A DNA stretch of 40,075 nucleotides from Ructibacterium sp. Lineage in GTDB: Bacteria > Bacillota > Clostridia > Monoglobales > Monoglobaceae. A program made the position numbers and the translations under genes. The notes below the pieces were generated by a model that saw only the letters and a program-made list of their open reading frames with translations, made no database searches and had not been told where the DNA came from. This document shows positions 27,101 to 35,320 of the stretch, piece by piece (the stretch's first letter is position 1; each line of letters starts with the position of its first letter). The stretch is from the NCBI GenBank assembly GCA_045659345.1, contig JAZOWR010000226.1:1-40075 (forward strand), in the 5' to 3' direction.

Positions 27101-30100
27101 TGAGATTGATGAATTTTATGCAAAAAGAAAACATTATGATACACAGGATTGGTATGACCATAATACAGCAGAAATTCTTGAACAATTTCATAGCGGAGAT
27201 TATGACAGTATAATTATTAAAAATCCTATTGACAAAAAGGATATGATGTATATTGTCTTCAATCCTACCCAGATTAAATCCGCAACTGATAATGTCGGGA
27301 CTTTTGATAGCAATAATCCCGATATCCGTTTTTCTGTTGCGCCGGAAGATGAAAATTTGATCGTGATGCACAATGTAACGGCTGCCAAATTGCGAAAAGC
27401 GGCAAAATTGGGCGGTCTGCCTGTGTCTTCATTGGCAATCGTGGATGCTGAAAAAAGCGATTTTGATAATTTCGGTGAAATATCTTTGATCGCAGATAAA
27501 AGTCTGATTGATCCCAAAGTCAAAAGCAACAAGGTGTATAATGCGGATATTTATTCTCCTCGTGTTCCGCAGATTACTTATGAATACACGGATAGTGATT
27601 ATGATAGAGCATATAGTCTAATTAAACCATATGAAACTCTTGATCCGGAAGATAGAAATTCTATAGATAAAAAGCTTTATTATCATAAAAATCAAATGAC
27701 TGATAATGATTTTGCAGATGATATTAAATCTTTACCGGCAACAAAAAACTGGTTCAATGTTACCAATCCTGACAATCTTGATTTTGATACATGGTGGGAA
27801 AATTTTGCTTTGCCTGAATTAAATTTTTCCGGTAATGGTAAAATATTTAATGGTTATACTCCATCAGGAAAAAGAAAATGGTTGCCTGCAAATCTGGAAA
27901 ATATTGTCAAATTGATGACAAAAAAAGTTCGTAATGGCGAAGGATTTTTTTATGGTATCGGCAACATCCGCAGTATGAAATCAAAACAATTCAAATCCAT
28001 TGCTGAAATTCAAAAAAATAGAGATAATATTGTTTCAGAAGAAGATTTTAAGCAAATAAAAAAAGATATTCAAGAAGAATATAAACAACTTGAAGAAGAA
28101 ATGCGTGCTGCCAGTTCCACTAATGGATATAGTTGGGGCTGGGATACCGGTTCTGATTGTTTAATGGCAATGGCAGAAGGCGGCAAAGAGAATATAGATT
28201 ATTTAAACGATCGCTTTGAGGATAATTCAGAAATTCTGAATAAAATGGCAGAATTTTTGAATAAACTTATTAATATGCCGACAGAATATTTTGAAGCAAA
28301 GCCCCAGAGGGCAGTCGGCTTTGATGAATTTGTTGCCGCTGTTATTCCTTATAATACCGCAGCAGATGTCCGAAAGATTTTGCAAGATGCCGGTTTAAAG
28401 ATTTATACTTACGGAGAAATACCTCGCAAAGAAGTTTTACAGATGGCAACGGCAGAAAATAATATCCGGTTTTCGGTTATTCAGATGTCGGAGGATGAAG
28501 AACGGGATTATGTTAATATTCTCAAACCGTTTATGATGAGAAATCCTAATGCTGCTAAATCAGAAGTTTTTGATTTCTTAAAAAGTAAAGGCGTGGATGT
28601 TAATGAGAAAACCGCCTGGTATTGCGCACGTGTCGCCGATGCTGAAAATAAATCCGCTATCGCAAAAGAAAGAGTAAAACGCCGTAATGATTGGTTATAT
28701 GAAAATGTAGATTTGTACCGTCAGGTAATTGATGTTGCAGGCAGTGATTTCAAAATTAAACCGTCATTGACTTTTGACGAAGAGGATTTTACAGGCTCTT
28801 TCATTTCTAAGGAGTTCCGCAAATACTCCCGAAAACGGAAACAGCGTGATAAAGAATCTGATAAACAGTACAAAAACTATCTCGCCCGCCGTGAAAAAGC
28901 TCTTGCCAACGCCGAGGGAATGAGTTCAGATGAAATCGCACAGGCAATAGCGGAGAAATACGGTCAGGACGCTCAAGAGGTCGAACAGAAATTGATTGAC
29001 TTTTTCCGTGACCTTACAAAAAATGACCTCAATAAAAAATATTCAGATTATCTGGCTGAAAAGAATTTTGAGACAAAAGAACTTGACCGCCGCTTGCTGT
29101 TGGAATGGGACAGACAACAGGAGCAGGAACGAATTCAGGAGGCTCTTGAAATCATCACCAAAAAGGGAACCCTTATCACTCCGGAGTGGATTAACGAGAA
29201 TACCAAAACTTACAAAAAACTCTATGAAATGGTTCTCGGAGAAAAAGCTCCGGGAGTTCCGACAAAAAAACAAATCAATGCTCTCAATGTGGCAATAATG
29301 AATGAATCTGACAACGCTCCTGAACTGGCAAAGGGGTACAAAATTGCTTATGACCAGTTGACAGAAGAATTCAATGCTAAATTGAAAAACATGAAAGAAA
29401 AGTTGCTTGCAGACAAATTTGATATCCAGCAGGTGCAGCAGACAGCAAAAGATTTTGCCTATGCACATGTTGACAGAGGGTTCAGAGAGAAATTTATCAG
29501 TAAAGCTATGAACCTCGGTAAGTTCCCCAATACCAAAACTGCCAAATATCCTGATGGCAGACGGCAGTTTGAACTGGAAAAACTCATGTCTGAAATGCTT
29601 GACTTTCAGGAAAATCTTCATAAGCAGAATGCAATTCTGGAAATCAATCAGCTTTTGAAGAAAAACAGAACCAAACGCACAGCAAAAAATGTTCCTTATT
29701 CTCCCATGGGCGAGAGACAAGTCGCTCTGGATCGCATTGCAGCAGTCGTCAAAATGTCTCCTGACACTGTTGCCGGTGTTCTCAGATATGACTTTGAACA
29801 GAAACATGCTCTGTCTGAAGCGTTGGAAAAACTTGCTGATGCCACGGAGGACACAGAAAATAAAGAAGGTCGTATTCTCGCTGAAATCCGTAAAATCGAC
29901 AATGATATTTTCTATCTTCAAAACTTCGGCGCATTGGAACTCAAAAAAGTCGATGCAGTTGAAGGAGCGTTGAAAAAACTCAAGAAATTCATCAAAGACG
30001 GCAGAGAGGAATTTGCCGAAGCCAAAAATGAAGACAGGGAAAGATTTAACGAATTAAGGCTCAAAGTCCGCAAGGAAATGAATTCAGGCAATCTTGAAAC

Positions 30101-32654
30101 TCCCAGTCAGAATGAACTGGATAAATCTGTAAATCCGCTTGAGAATTATACTTATATGTCAATGTCTCTCAATGATATGTTTGATATTCTTTCCGGTACG
30201 GATAATATGATTGCCAAAGATAATTCACAAGCAGGCAAGTTTGAACGGATGGTCGATGAAGCAGCACAAAAAGAACAGACAATGCTGAATAATATGCAGA
30301 ATGTTTTTGACAAAAAACTTGCAGAACACGGCATTACATCTATTGTCGGGCGTGGGCGTTTCCTGCGTTCAACTATGCAGGAAGAAAATACCGGTGTTTT
30401 CGTTGAAGAATATGCCCCTTTGATGAAAGACGGCGAAAATGCAGTGCCCCAGTGGGACAAAGGGAGACCTTCCCGCAAAGAATTTGTTTATGTCGATCAT
30501 GCCCGCAAAATTCTTGAAGATCTCAATAATGGAGAAAAAATAATTGAACTGCTGCCGGTTCAGGCGGATGACGACAGCAACAAACTTGAAAAGCTGAAAC
30601 TTATCCGTGCAGATTTGAAAAAACTTACAAAGAATATCGGCAGAACCTTTACTCTGACACGGAAACAAGACGGAAATATCCGAGTTTATACTGACACTGA
30701 CGGCGGCAATGTGATTTCTCTCGACTTTAAACTTGCCGATTTGCCGCAGGTAAAAAGTATGATTGACTCAAACAGTATCAAAGCTCTTGTTATTGATAAT
30801 TTTGCTCTTCACGGAGCAAGAGAACAGTTGATACAGTATGATGCCGGTATTACTCCTGAATCACGGCTGAATATGGGAGATGATATTGATGATATTCAAT
30901 GGCAGTCTTTTGTTGAAGACGGTTTCAAATATGATAAAGTTTACTTTATCGGCAGTAATTCTAATATGCAGACACGACCAAAAGAATTGATACTGACACC
31001 GGGTGCGGCGGTTCAGCTTATTCTGACATGGGAGCAGGAATATTATCAACCGGCAATGATGTGGAACGGATATTCGCAGCAGACTATTGACCAGTTGAAA
31101 AATTATTTGAATGCCAAAAATCCCGCTCTGCTTGAAGTTGCTTATGCTTTGCGTGATTATGTCAGAGATACCCAGGAGGAACTTGACAGGGCTGTTTTTG
31201 AACGCTACGGCGTACATCTGCCGGAACAGAAAAACTTCTGGTATGCAGATTTCAAGGGCAATCTGACTGACCGTGTGCAGGATGCCGGCTTCGGCAATCA
31301 GTCGGGCGGCTTGACAGTCAATGCAAATTTTCTGACCGGCAGACGGTTGCATTTTCTTGCTCCGTCAACGAGTTCAAACGCATTTACTTTGTTTTTGACA
31401 AAGCAGCTTGAACAGGCTCATTTTGTGGCGTGGACACAAACCATCAGAACCTTGCGGGCGGTATATAATGACAAGGCTGTTCAGTTCACCTTGCGAAAGA
31501 ATTTCGGTCAGGCGTTCTGGAATAATTTCAAAGAGAAACTGGAAACTCAAGCCGCAGGCGGTGTCGCAGCCGATAAAGCCGCACAAATCATCAGCGGTTT
31601 CTATAAGACTTGGGCTCCGAGCAATATCGCTCTCAACCCTGCATCTGCATTGAAACAGCTTGCAGGCGGTTTGTCTTATGCTCATTATGTGCCGGTGGAT
31701 AAACTTATGCGGTATCTCCCTGAAGCTAATCAATGGAATCCGGAATATCGCCGCTGGCGTGATTTTGTTATGAACAGTGATTTCATAACAAACCGCAAGG
31801 AAGGCACAGGGCTGAATCCCAATTTGGGCGGCTTGTTGAATTTCAGTCTTAAAGGTAAAAAAATCAGCCCCGTTGCAGATGCAATGATGAAAAAAATGCT
31901 GACTTTGACAACCAGTGCGGATGTTTTGAGTACGACTACATGGGGGTATGCTGCATACCGGTATTTTTATGATACGGCAATAAAAAAAGGAATGTCAGAA
32001 AAAGAAGCTTTTGACTTTGCTTATCGCTGGTGGATGAAGTCAACAGAAAAAACACAGCAATCCGGCTATTTGAAAGATTTGAATTCTTTTTCGACAAAGC
32101 CGTTATTGCGTGCATTCACAACCTATATGACGAATCCGATGCAGACGGCGGCACTTGAATTGACTGCCTTGCAGAAAGTTTTGAAAAATCCGACAACTGC
32201 AAACAAAAAGAATTTGATAAATAAATTCATCGTCAATCATCTGATTGCATCTACAGCAATGAACCTTATCGGCTCAATGATTAAACACGGATTTAATTTT
32301 GAGGACTGGGAGGAAGATCTTGACAATTATATAGCCGGTTGGCTGCTCGGTTCTTTTGATTCATTATTCCTTGTCGGACAGGGCTTGAGTGCGTTGATTG
32401 CGGTTTTGAGCAATAATTATTTTAAAGCATTAAATAAGTTTGATTTTATGCCGATGTTCAATGATTATATCAGAGATATTTCCAAAGTCAAGAAATTCAT
32501 TGAAGGCAAATCAGATTTTGATATCCTTGACAGTATGCAGATTATGGGGGATTTGATGATGGCTGGCGGTCCGCCGGTTATCAGAACTTCAGGAATTTTG
32601 CTTCGTGCCGTGTCAAAATTAGGCAAAAGAGTTGAAAAATGGTTTGAAGATTAA
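24129..32654 (+). CDS. Giant polyvalent internal virion protein (2841 aa): zincin metallopeptidase, BECR-like RNase, ADP-ribosyltransferase, unknown domain, helical C-terminal ejection region
   Basis: HEIIGH (aa ~584) with downstream TEE; ITFYWG..KKGIYHI...SWLLTGW; FKNWFGDSKVVDENGDPLVVYHGT...QIKSATDNVGTFD; gp16-like position before the tail fibre. Confidence 0.8.
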   Translation: MNDIIPKYEDTEPVNQDSYIPKYEDTKPAENVFFSPTKRNYAALSKAFTSENPLDFIDDEKVRKDLDFVISQAENPDEERRKWALAAYFSQMQMKDLNFCHGNLDGLIARYNNGQPQSVDAAYKFIQELFTVQKQGEGNTGNAAKAGFAQLGKRAADIGWTLTKLLMFNPVEIENQRMFLDEKSKAAFDKGFEELKKSVDERHKDTRGYYQDVYDKNAYLATDENWFYRWNNGRWFRNAFNAFVMSAPDMALQLTAAKFMGPAVFAATIGTTSAVEKYYDNSENSNMTEEQRVQNAIMTGAINSGAAWLLGSMVKGKVPFLNRIQFKNEMAKYITYFASAYGSEFTQEAAEQLAENALDLHTGVYGDVNKISPADYSKKLWNGVLESGFIGGAPGAGGAALGFKAFKQNLQYRNQVVANLENAKQEILNSENLTDTQKAAAAKIDILLDAGNINDMAAAAQALAEVKSIREEEQQQKFEDMPYEQQIEINSAESEENIQLRKMLKFNPQDTIDEANALAENFNDVDLHIFNTPEELPAEILSQIEHDGIDQNRVRAWIDMNNMHDVYLVASNVRPSDVGRTLGHEIIGHKGLRSVFGENFNTILDSVYNSHAEEIINYARTYNRDTETIANRRYLTEEFLSDCADLKVKPSWWKEFIASLRQMLRRIFPKMRISDADINGWLSKAHRAVQQQSAVVKKNLTTENVRYALFDNIDKRTPVLNALQKIAAGSEEETVSNLRNDLEQFGGTNDITFYWGNEKKGIYHIAYRRGIDTLFHVIDTVADGKINRFVEGNKTVILEKDGYEAVLALTEYNKQKSWLLTGWKTNEPDEISEVSTQSDPTQLKPTFSRQELGAGLKEIISQLPEKSSRNSEKMRFSVAPQVDTPEFKNWFGDSKVVDENGDPLVVYHGTNADFNIFDTEKFGLWDNGSKFKINGVDENGKLKIESIKDEGFFFSSKKQNAEAHSEGAAEMAGGSPRVISAYLNAKKPLIVEIDEFYAKRKHYDTQDWYDHNTAEILEQFHSGDYDSIIIKNPIDKKDMMYIVFNPTQIKSATDNVGTFDSNNPDIRFSVAPEDENLIVMHNVTAAKLRKAAKLGGLPVSSLAIVDAEKSDFDNFGEISLIADKSLIDPKVKSNKVYNADIYSPRVPQITYEYTDSDYDRAYSLIKPYETLDPEDRNSIDKKLYYHKNQMTDNDFADDIKSLPATKNWFNVTNPDNLDFDTWWENFALPELNFSGNGKIFNGYTPSGKRKWLPANLENIVKLMTKKVRNGEGFFYGIGNIRSMKSKQFKSIAEIQKNRDNIVSEEDFKQIKKDIQEEYKQLEEEMRAASSTNGYSWGWDTGSDCLMAMAEGGKENIDYLNDRFEDNSEILNKMAEFLNKLINMPTEYFEAKPQRAVGFDEFVAAVIPYNTAADVRKILQDAGLKIYTYGEIPRKEVLQMATAENNIRFSVIQMSEDEERDYVNILKPFMMRNPNAAKSEVFDFLKSKGVDVNEKTAWYCARVADAENKSAIAKERVKRRNDWLYENVDLYRQVIDVAGSDFKIKPSLTFDEEDFTGSFISKEFRKYSRKRKQRDKESDKQYKNYLARREKALANAEGMSSDEIAQAIAEKYGQDAQEVEQKLIDFFRDLTKNDLNKKYSDYLAEKNFETKELDRRLLLEWDRQQEQERIQEALEIITKKGTLITPEWINENTKTYKKLYEMVLGEKAPGVPTKKQINALNVAIMNESDNAPELAKGYKIAYDQLTEEFNAKLKNMKEKLLADKFDIQQVQQTAKDFAYAHVDRGFREKFISKAMNLGKFPNTKTAKYPDGRRQFELEKLMSEMLDFQENLHKQNAILEINQLLKKNRTKRTAKNVPYSPMGERQVALDRIAAVVKMSPDTVAGVLRYDFEQKHALSEALEKLADATEDTENKEGRILAEIRKIDNDIFYLQNFGALELKKVDAVEGALKKLKKFIKDGREEFAEAKNEDRERFNELRLKVRKEMNSGNLETPSQNELDKSVNPLENYTYMSMSLNDMFDILSGTDNMIAKDNSQAGKFERMVDEAAQKEQTMLNNMQNVFDKKLAEHGITSIVGRGRFLRSTMQEENTGVFVEEYAPLMKDGENAVPQWDKGRPSRKEFVYVDHARKILEDLNNGEKIIELLPVQADDDSNKLEKLKLIRADLKKLTKNIGRTFTLTRKQDGNIRVYTDTDGGNVISLDFKLADLPQVKSMIDSNSIKALVIDNFALHGAREQLIQYDAGITPESRLNMGDDIDDIQWQSFVEDGFKYDKVYFIGSNSNMQTRPKELILTPGAAVQLILTWEQEYYQPAMMWNGYSQQTIDQLKNYLNAKNPALLEVAYALRDYVRDTQEELDRAVFERYGVHLPEQKNFWYADFKGNLTDRVQDAGFGNQSGGLTVNANFLTGRRLHFLAPSTSSNAFTLFLTKQLEQAHFVAWTQTIRTLRAVYNDKAVQFTLRKNFGQAFWNNFKEKLETQAAGGVAADKAAQIISGFYKTWAPSNIALNPASALKQLAGGLSYAHYVPVDKLMRYLPEANQWNPEYRRWRDFVMNSDFITNRKEGTGLNPNLGGLLNFSLKGKKISPVADAMMKKMLTLTTSADVLSTTTWGYAAYRYFYDTAIKKGMSEKEAFDFAYRWWMKSTEKTQQSGYLKDLNSFSTKPLLRAFTTYMTNPMQTAALELTALQKVLKNPTTANKKNLINKFIVNHLIASTAMNLIGSMIKHGFNFEDWEEDLDNYIAGWLLGSFDSLFLVGQGLSALIAVLSNNYFKALNKFDFMPMFNDYIRDISKVKKFIEGKSDFDILDSMQIMGDLMMAGGPPVIRTSGILLRAVSKLGKRVEKWFED

Positions 32655-32681
32655 AAAAAAATCAAGAATTTTATAAAAAAA

Positions 32682-32712
32682 GTGGCGGGAAATTAAACCG
32701 ATATTATAAGTA
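32682..32712 (+). promoter_or_regulatory. Conserved 30-bp motif copy 3 (putative late promoter, fibre/lysis/packaging operon)
   Basis: GTGGCGGGAAATTAAACCGATATTATAAGTA. Confidence 0.7.
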
Positions 32713-32730
32713 TAACAAAAGGAGTTTTAC

Positions 32731-34662
32731 ATGAGTGTAACAGACATCTATTCAAAAACAGAGTATGTTTCCAAAGGCGAAAACAGTTTCGTTATCGACT
32801 TTGAATTCCTCGGAAACGAATTCATCACTGTATTCATCACCCCTAAAAATTCAGACAAAAAAATTGAAAAAGTTTACGGAAAAGATTTTTCTGTTGAAAA
32901 TAACCAGGTGGTCTTTCCGGAAAGTATCCCGGCAGGTTCAATCGTCTCTATTCAGCGGTTGACTGATATTACCAATGAGACAGAATTTTTTAATAATACC
33001 AAACTTCCGGCAAATACGTTGAATTATGCATTTGACAAATTGACTATGATTTGTCAGGAGCTTGATTTGCGTCTCGACAATACTTTAAGGTATGAAGGTG
33101 ACGGGGAAATTGACTTCACTGTTCTTGCTGAACAGCTGAAGCATATCCAGGACTATATTCAGAACGCTGAACAATTATCTGAATCCGTTGTCAATGCGGC
33201 TCTCTCTGCCGCTCAAGCTCTCTCCGCTGCTCTGCTCTCAAGACAATTCCGTGATGAGGCTGAAAAATTCCGTGATGATGCCAAGCAGGTATCTGATATC
33301 GGAATTCATAATCAATCTGAATCAGCTCACGCCGATATCAGAAATTTAATATCTGAACTCAGTAATATTTTGAATACGACTTCAGGAAATTTAAGTAAGT
33401 TAACTGCAGATAATAATGCGGCACATGAAGAGTTTGATACCGGTATTAACGATTTGTCGGTCAGACTGGGGAAAGTTGAAGCGTCTGCCGGCACTGAAGC
33501 TAAAGCGGAAAATAAGTATTACGTTTTCGGCAGAAACAACAACGGTCAGTGCGGTGTCAACTGGAACGAAAATATAACTGCTGCTCCTCTGGCGCATATG
33601 GCTATGCGGAATGTCGCCAAGGTACATATTGACTCCGATAACGGCGTGGCTATCTCTGACGGCAGAATATGGGTTACAGGTTCAGGTGCAAACGGTCTTT
33701 GCGGTCCGGAAAGACAAACATGCTACGGCTTTAAGCCTCTGGCAATGACTGATAATATTTATAATTGGATTGATATTGTATGTTTCGGACAGACGGCACT
33801 GGCTCTGAATGACAAAGGTGAAGTCTATTCATGGGGAAATGGTGGTGGTGGATATTTGGGAGACGGTACAACTCAAGACCGCTCTGAACCTCGCCTCGTG
33901 CCGATAGACGAAAAAATAACAAAACTTGCAGCAGGCGAAGGAGTAATTCTTGCTTTATCGCAAAATGGGAATGTTTATTCTTTGGGTAAATCATCCTATG
34001 GAGCTATGGGGTCCGGTATTGCAACTACAACACATAGTACATTTACCAAAATTACCACATTGTCCGATATCGTTGATATTGCCGCAGGCGGTTATACTCA
34101 TACTGCAACTGCTTTTCCCGGGACTACTTCCACTTCGGAAAGAGCTTTTTGCGCGGCAATTCAGGAAAAAGAAGGTACGAAACATCTCTTTGTATGGGGG
34201 TATAACGGCAATGGTCAGCTGGGAACAGGCGATAAAACTAATGTAGCAGCTCCGGTAGAGCTTGCTCTCTCTTTTGCGCCGGTCAATGTCGCTTGCGGTG
34301 CTGCACACATGGCGGTACTCTCTCAAGAAGGCTATTGGTATATTACAGGATATCAAAAGGGCTTGGGGCTCACTGCTGACCAGATAAAATTTGTGCTGGT
34401 TGATAACTCGCGCGCTTATGCTGAGGTCGCTTGCGGTCGTGATGTATCATACGCTTTAAGCGTTGCCGACAAAATTAGCAAAATTAGCAAGATTTATGCT
34501 GTCGGCACAAATACATACGGCTCAATGCTGACTGAAAATTCAACATCAGAACCGATATTGCTTGTTAATGATTTGAGAATTAAGCAGATTTTTGCAAGCG
34601 GAGATTGTTACGGATGTGCTTTTACAGTTGCTGAGGGGGCTGTTGCGGAGGGTGATGAATAA
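32731..34662 (+). CDS. Tail fibre: T7 gp17-like N-terminal anchor plus RCC1-repeat propeller
   Basis: F.IDFEFL...SIQRLT...LNYAFDKLTMICQE anchor; VFGRNNNGQCG, YSWGNGGGGYLGDG and VWGYNGNGQLGTG repeats. Confidence 0.85.
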   Translation: MSVTDIYSKTEYVSKGENSFVIDFEFLGNEFITVFITPKNSDKKIEKVYGKDFSVENNQVVFPESIPAGSIVSIQRLTDITNETEFFNNTKLPANTLNYAFDKLTMICQELDLRLDNTLRYEGDGEIDFTVLAEQLKHIQDYIQNAEQLSESVVNAALSAAQALSAALLSRQFRDEAEKFRDDAKQVSDIGIHNQSESAHADIRNLISELSNILNTTSGNLSKLTADNNAAHEEFDTGINDLSVRLGKVEASAGTEAKAENKYYVFGRNNNGQCGVNWNENITAAPLAHMAMRNVAKVHIDSDNGVAISDGRIWVTGSGANGLCGPERQTCYGFKPLAMTDNIYNWIDIVCFGQTALALNDKGEVYSWGNGGGGYLGDGTTQDRSEPRLVPIDEKITKLAAGEGVILALSQNGNVYSLGKSSYGAMGSGIATTTHSTFTKITTLSDIVDIAAGGYTHTATAFPGTTSTSERAFCAAIQEKEGTKHLFVWGYNGNGQLGTGDKTNVAAPVELALSFAPVNVACGAAHMAVLSQEGYWYITGYQKGLGLTADQIKFVLVDNSRAYAEVACGRDVSYALSVADKISKISKIYAVGTNTYGSMLTENSTSEPILLVNDLRIKQIFASGDCYGCAFTVAEGAVAEGDE

Positions 34663-35060
34663 TGGATAGAAATGAACTCCGACAAGTACGCAACAGAGCT
34701 GACAGACTCAAACTTATCGGCAGAGAGCTTCTGCATCTGCCGAAAGAAACAGTCATGCGCAACTGCAACGGCATCGGTCCTGAATGGTTCCCCGACAAAT
34801 TGCGAAGCTTCATAACATGGCTCAATCCCCGGCAGAAAGCAACCGCTGCTATTCATGATATGATGTATGCTTGCGGTCATGATTTTTCACGGGCAAATGA
34901 TATCTTTGCAATCAACGGCAAATGGGAAGCTGTCGCAGCGTACAAATGGTATTCGCCGCGGAGGTATATTGCGATTGCCAAAGCACAGATTTTCGCTAAA
35001 CTCTGTCAGAAATTCGGATATATGGCATGGAAAGTGGCTCAAAGAAAGATGAAAAGATGA
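34662..35060 (+). CDS. DUF1353 / phospholipase A2-like HD-motif protein
   Basis: CNGIGP ... AAIHDMMY ... ANDIF. Confidence 0.5.
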   Translation: MDRNELRQVRNRADRLKLIGRELLHLPKETVMRNCNGIGPEWFPDKLRSFITWLNPRQKATAAIHDMMYACGHDFSRANDIFAINGKWEAVAAYKWYSPRRYIAIAKAQIFAKLCQKFGYMAWKVAQRKMKR

Positions 35061-35320
35061 AAATATCCTCTGAAAAAATTGTTTTGTGGTTCGCCTCTGG
35101 TGTTATAATCATAATGCTCGCTGTAATCAGTTTTCTCGTTAAGGAGAGTTTTGCAACTATCAAAGAAACTTTCGTTTCTATCAAAACTCTGGAAAAAGAT
35201 GTGGTTAATATTCGTCTGAAACTTACTGAACTTGAGGCAAAAAGAATTACCAGATCTGAACTTGAAAAAATTATCAAAGATTACCATGACAATCATCCGT
35301 GTATCAGGACAACTAAATAA
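35057..35320 (+). CDS. Putative holin-like single-TM protein with coiled coil
   Basis: IVLWFASGVIIIMLAVISFLV TM segment; ATGA overlap with the upstream gene. Confidence 0.5.
   Translation: MKISSEKIVLWFASGVIIIMLAVISFLVKESFATIKETFVSIKTLEKDVVNIRLKLTELEAKRITRSELEKIIKDYHDNHPCIRTTK

Noticed and set aside
29043-29921. Long antisense ORFs (e.g. 29043..29921, 5568..6332, 38100..38819, 13144..13788, 14685..15314)
   Set aside because: They are shadow frames opposite well-supported genes, with no recognisable motifs or RBS.
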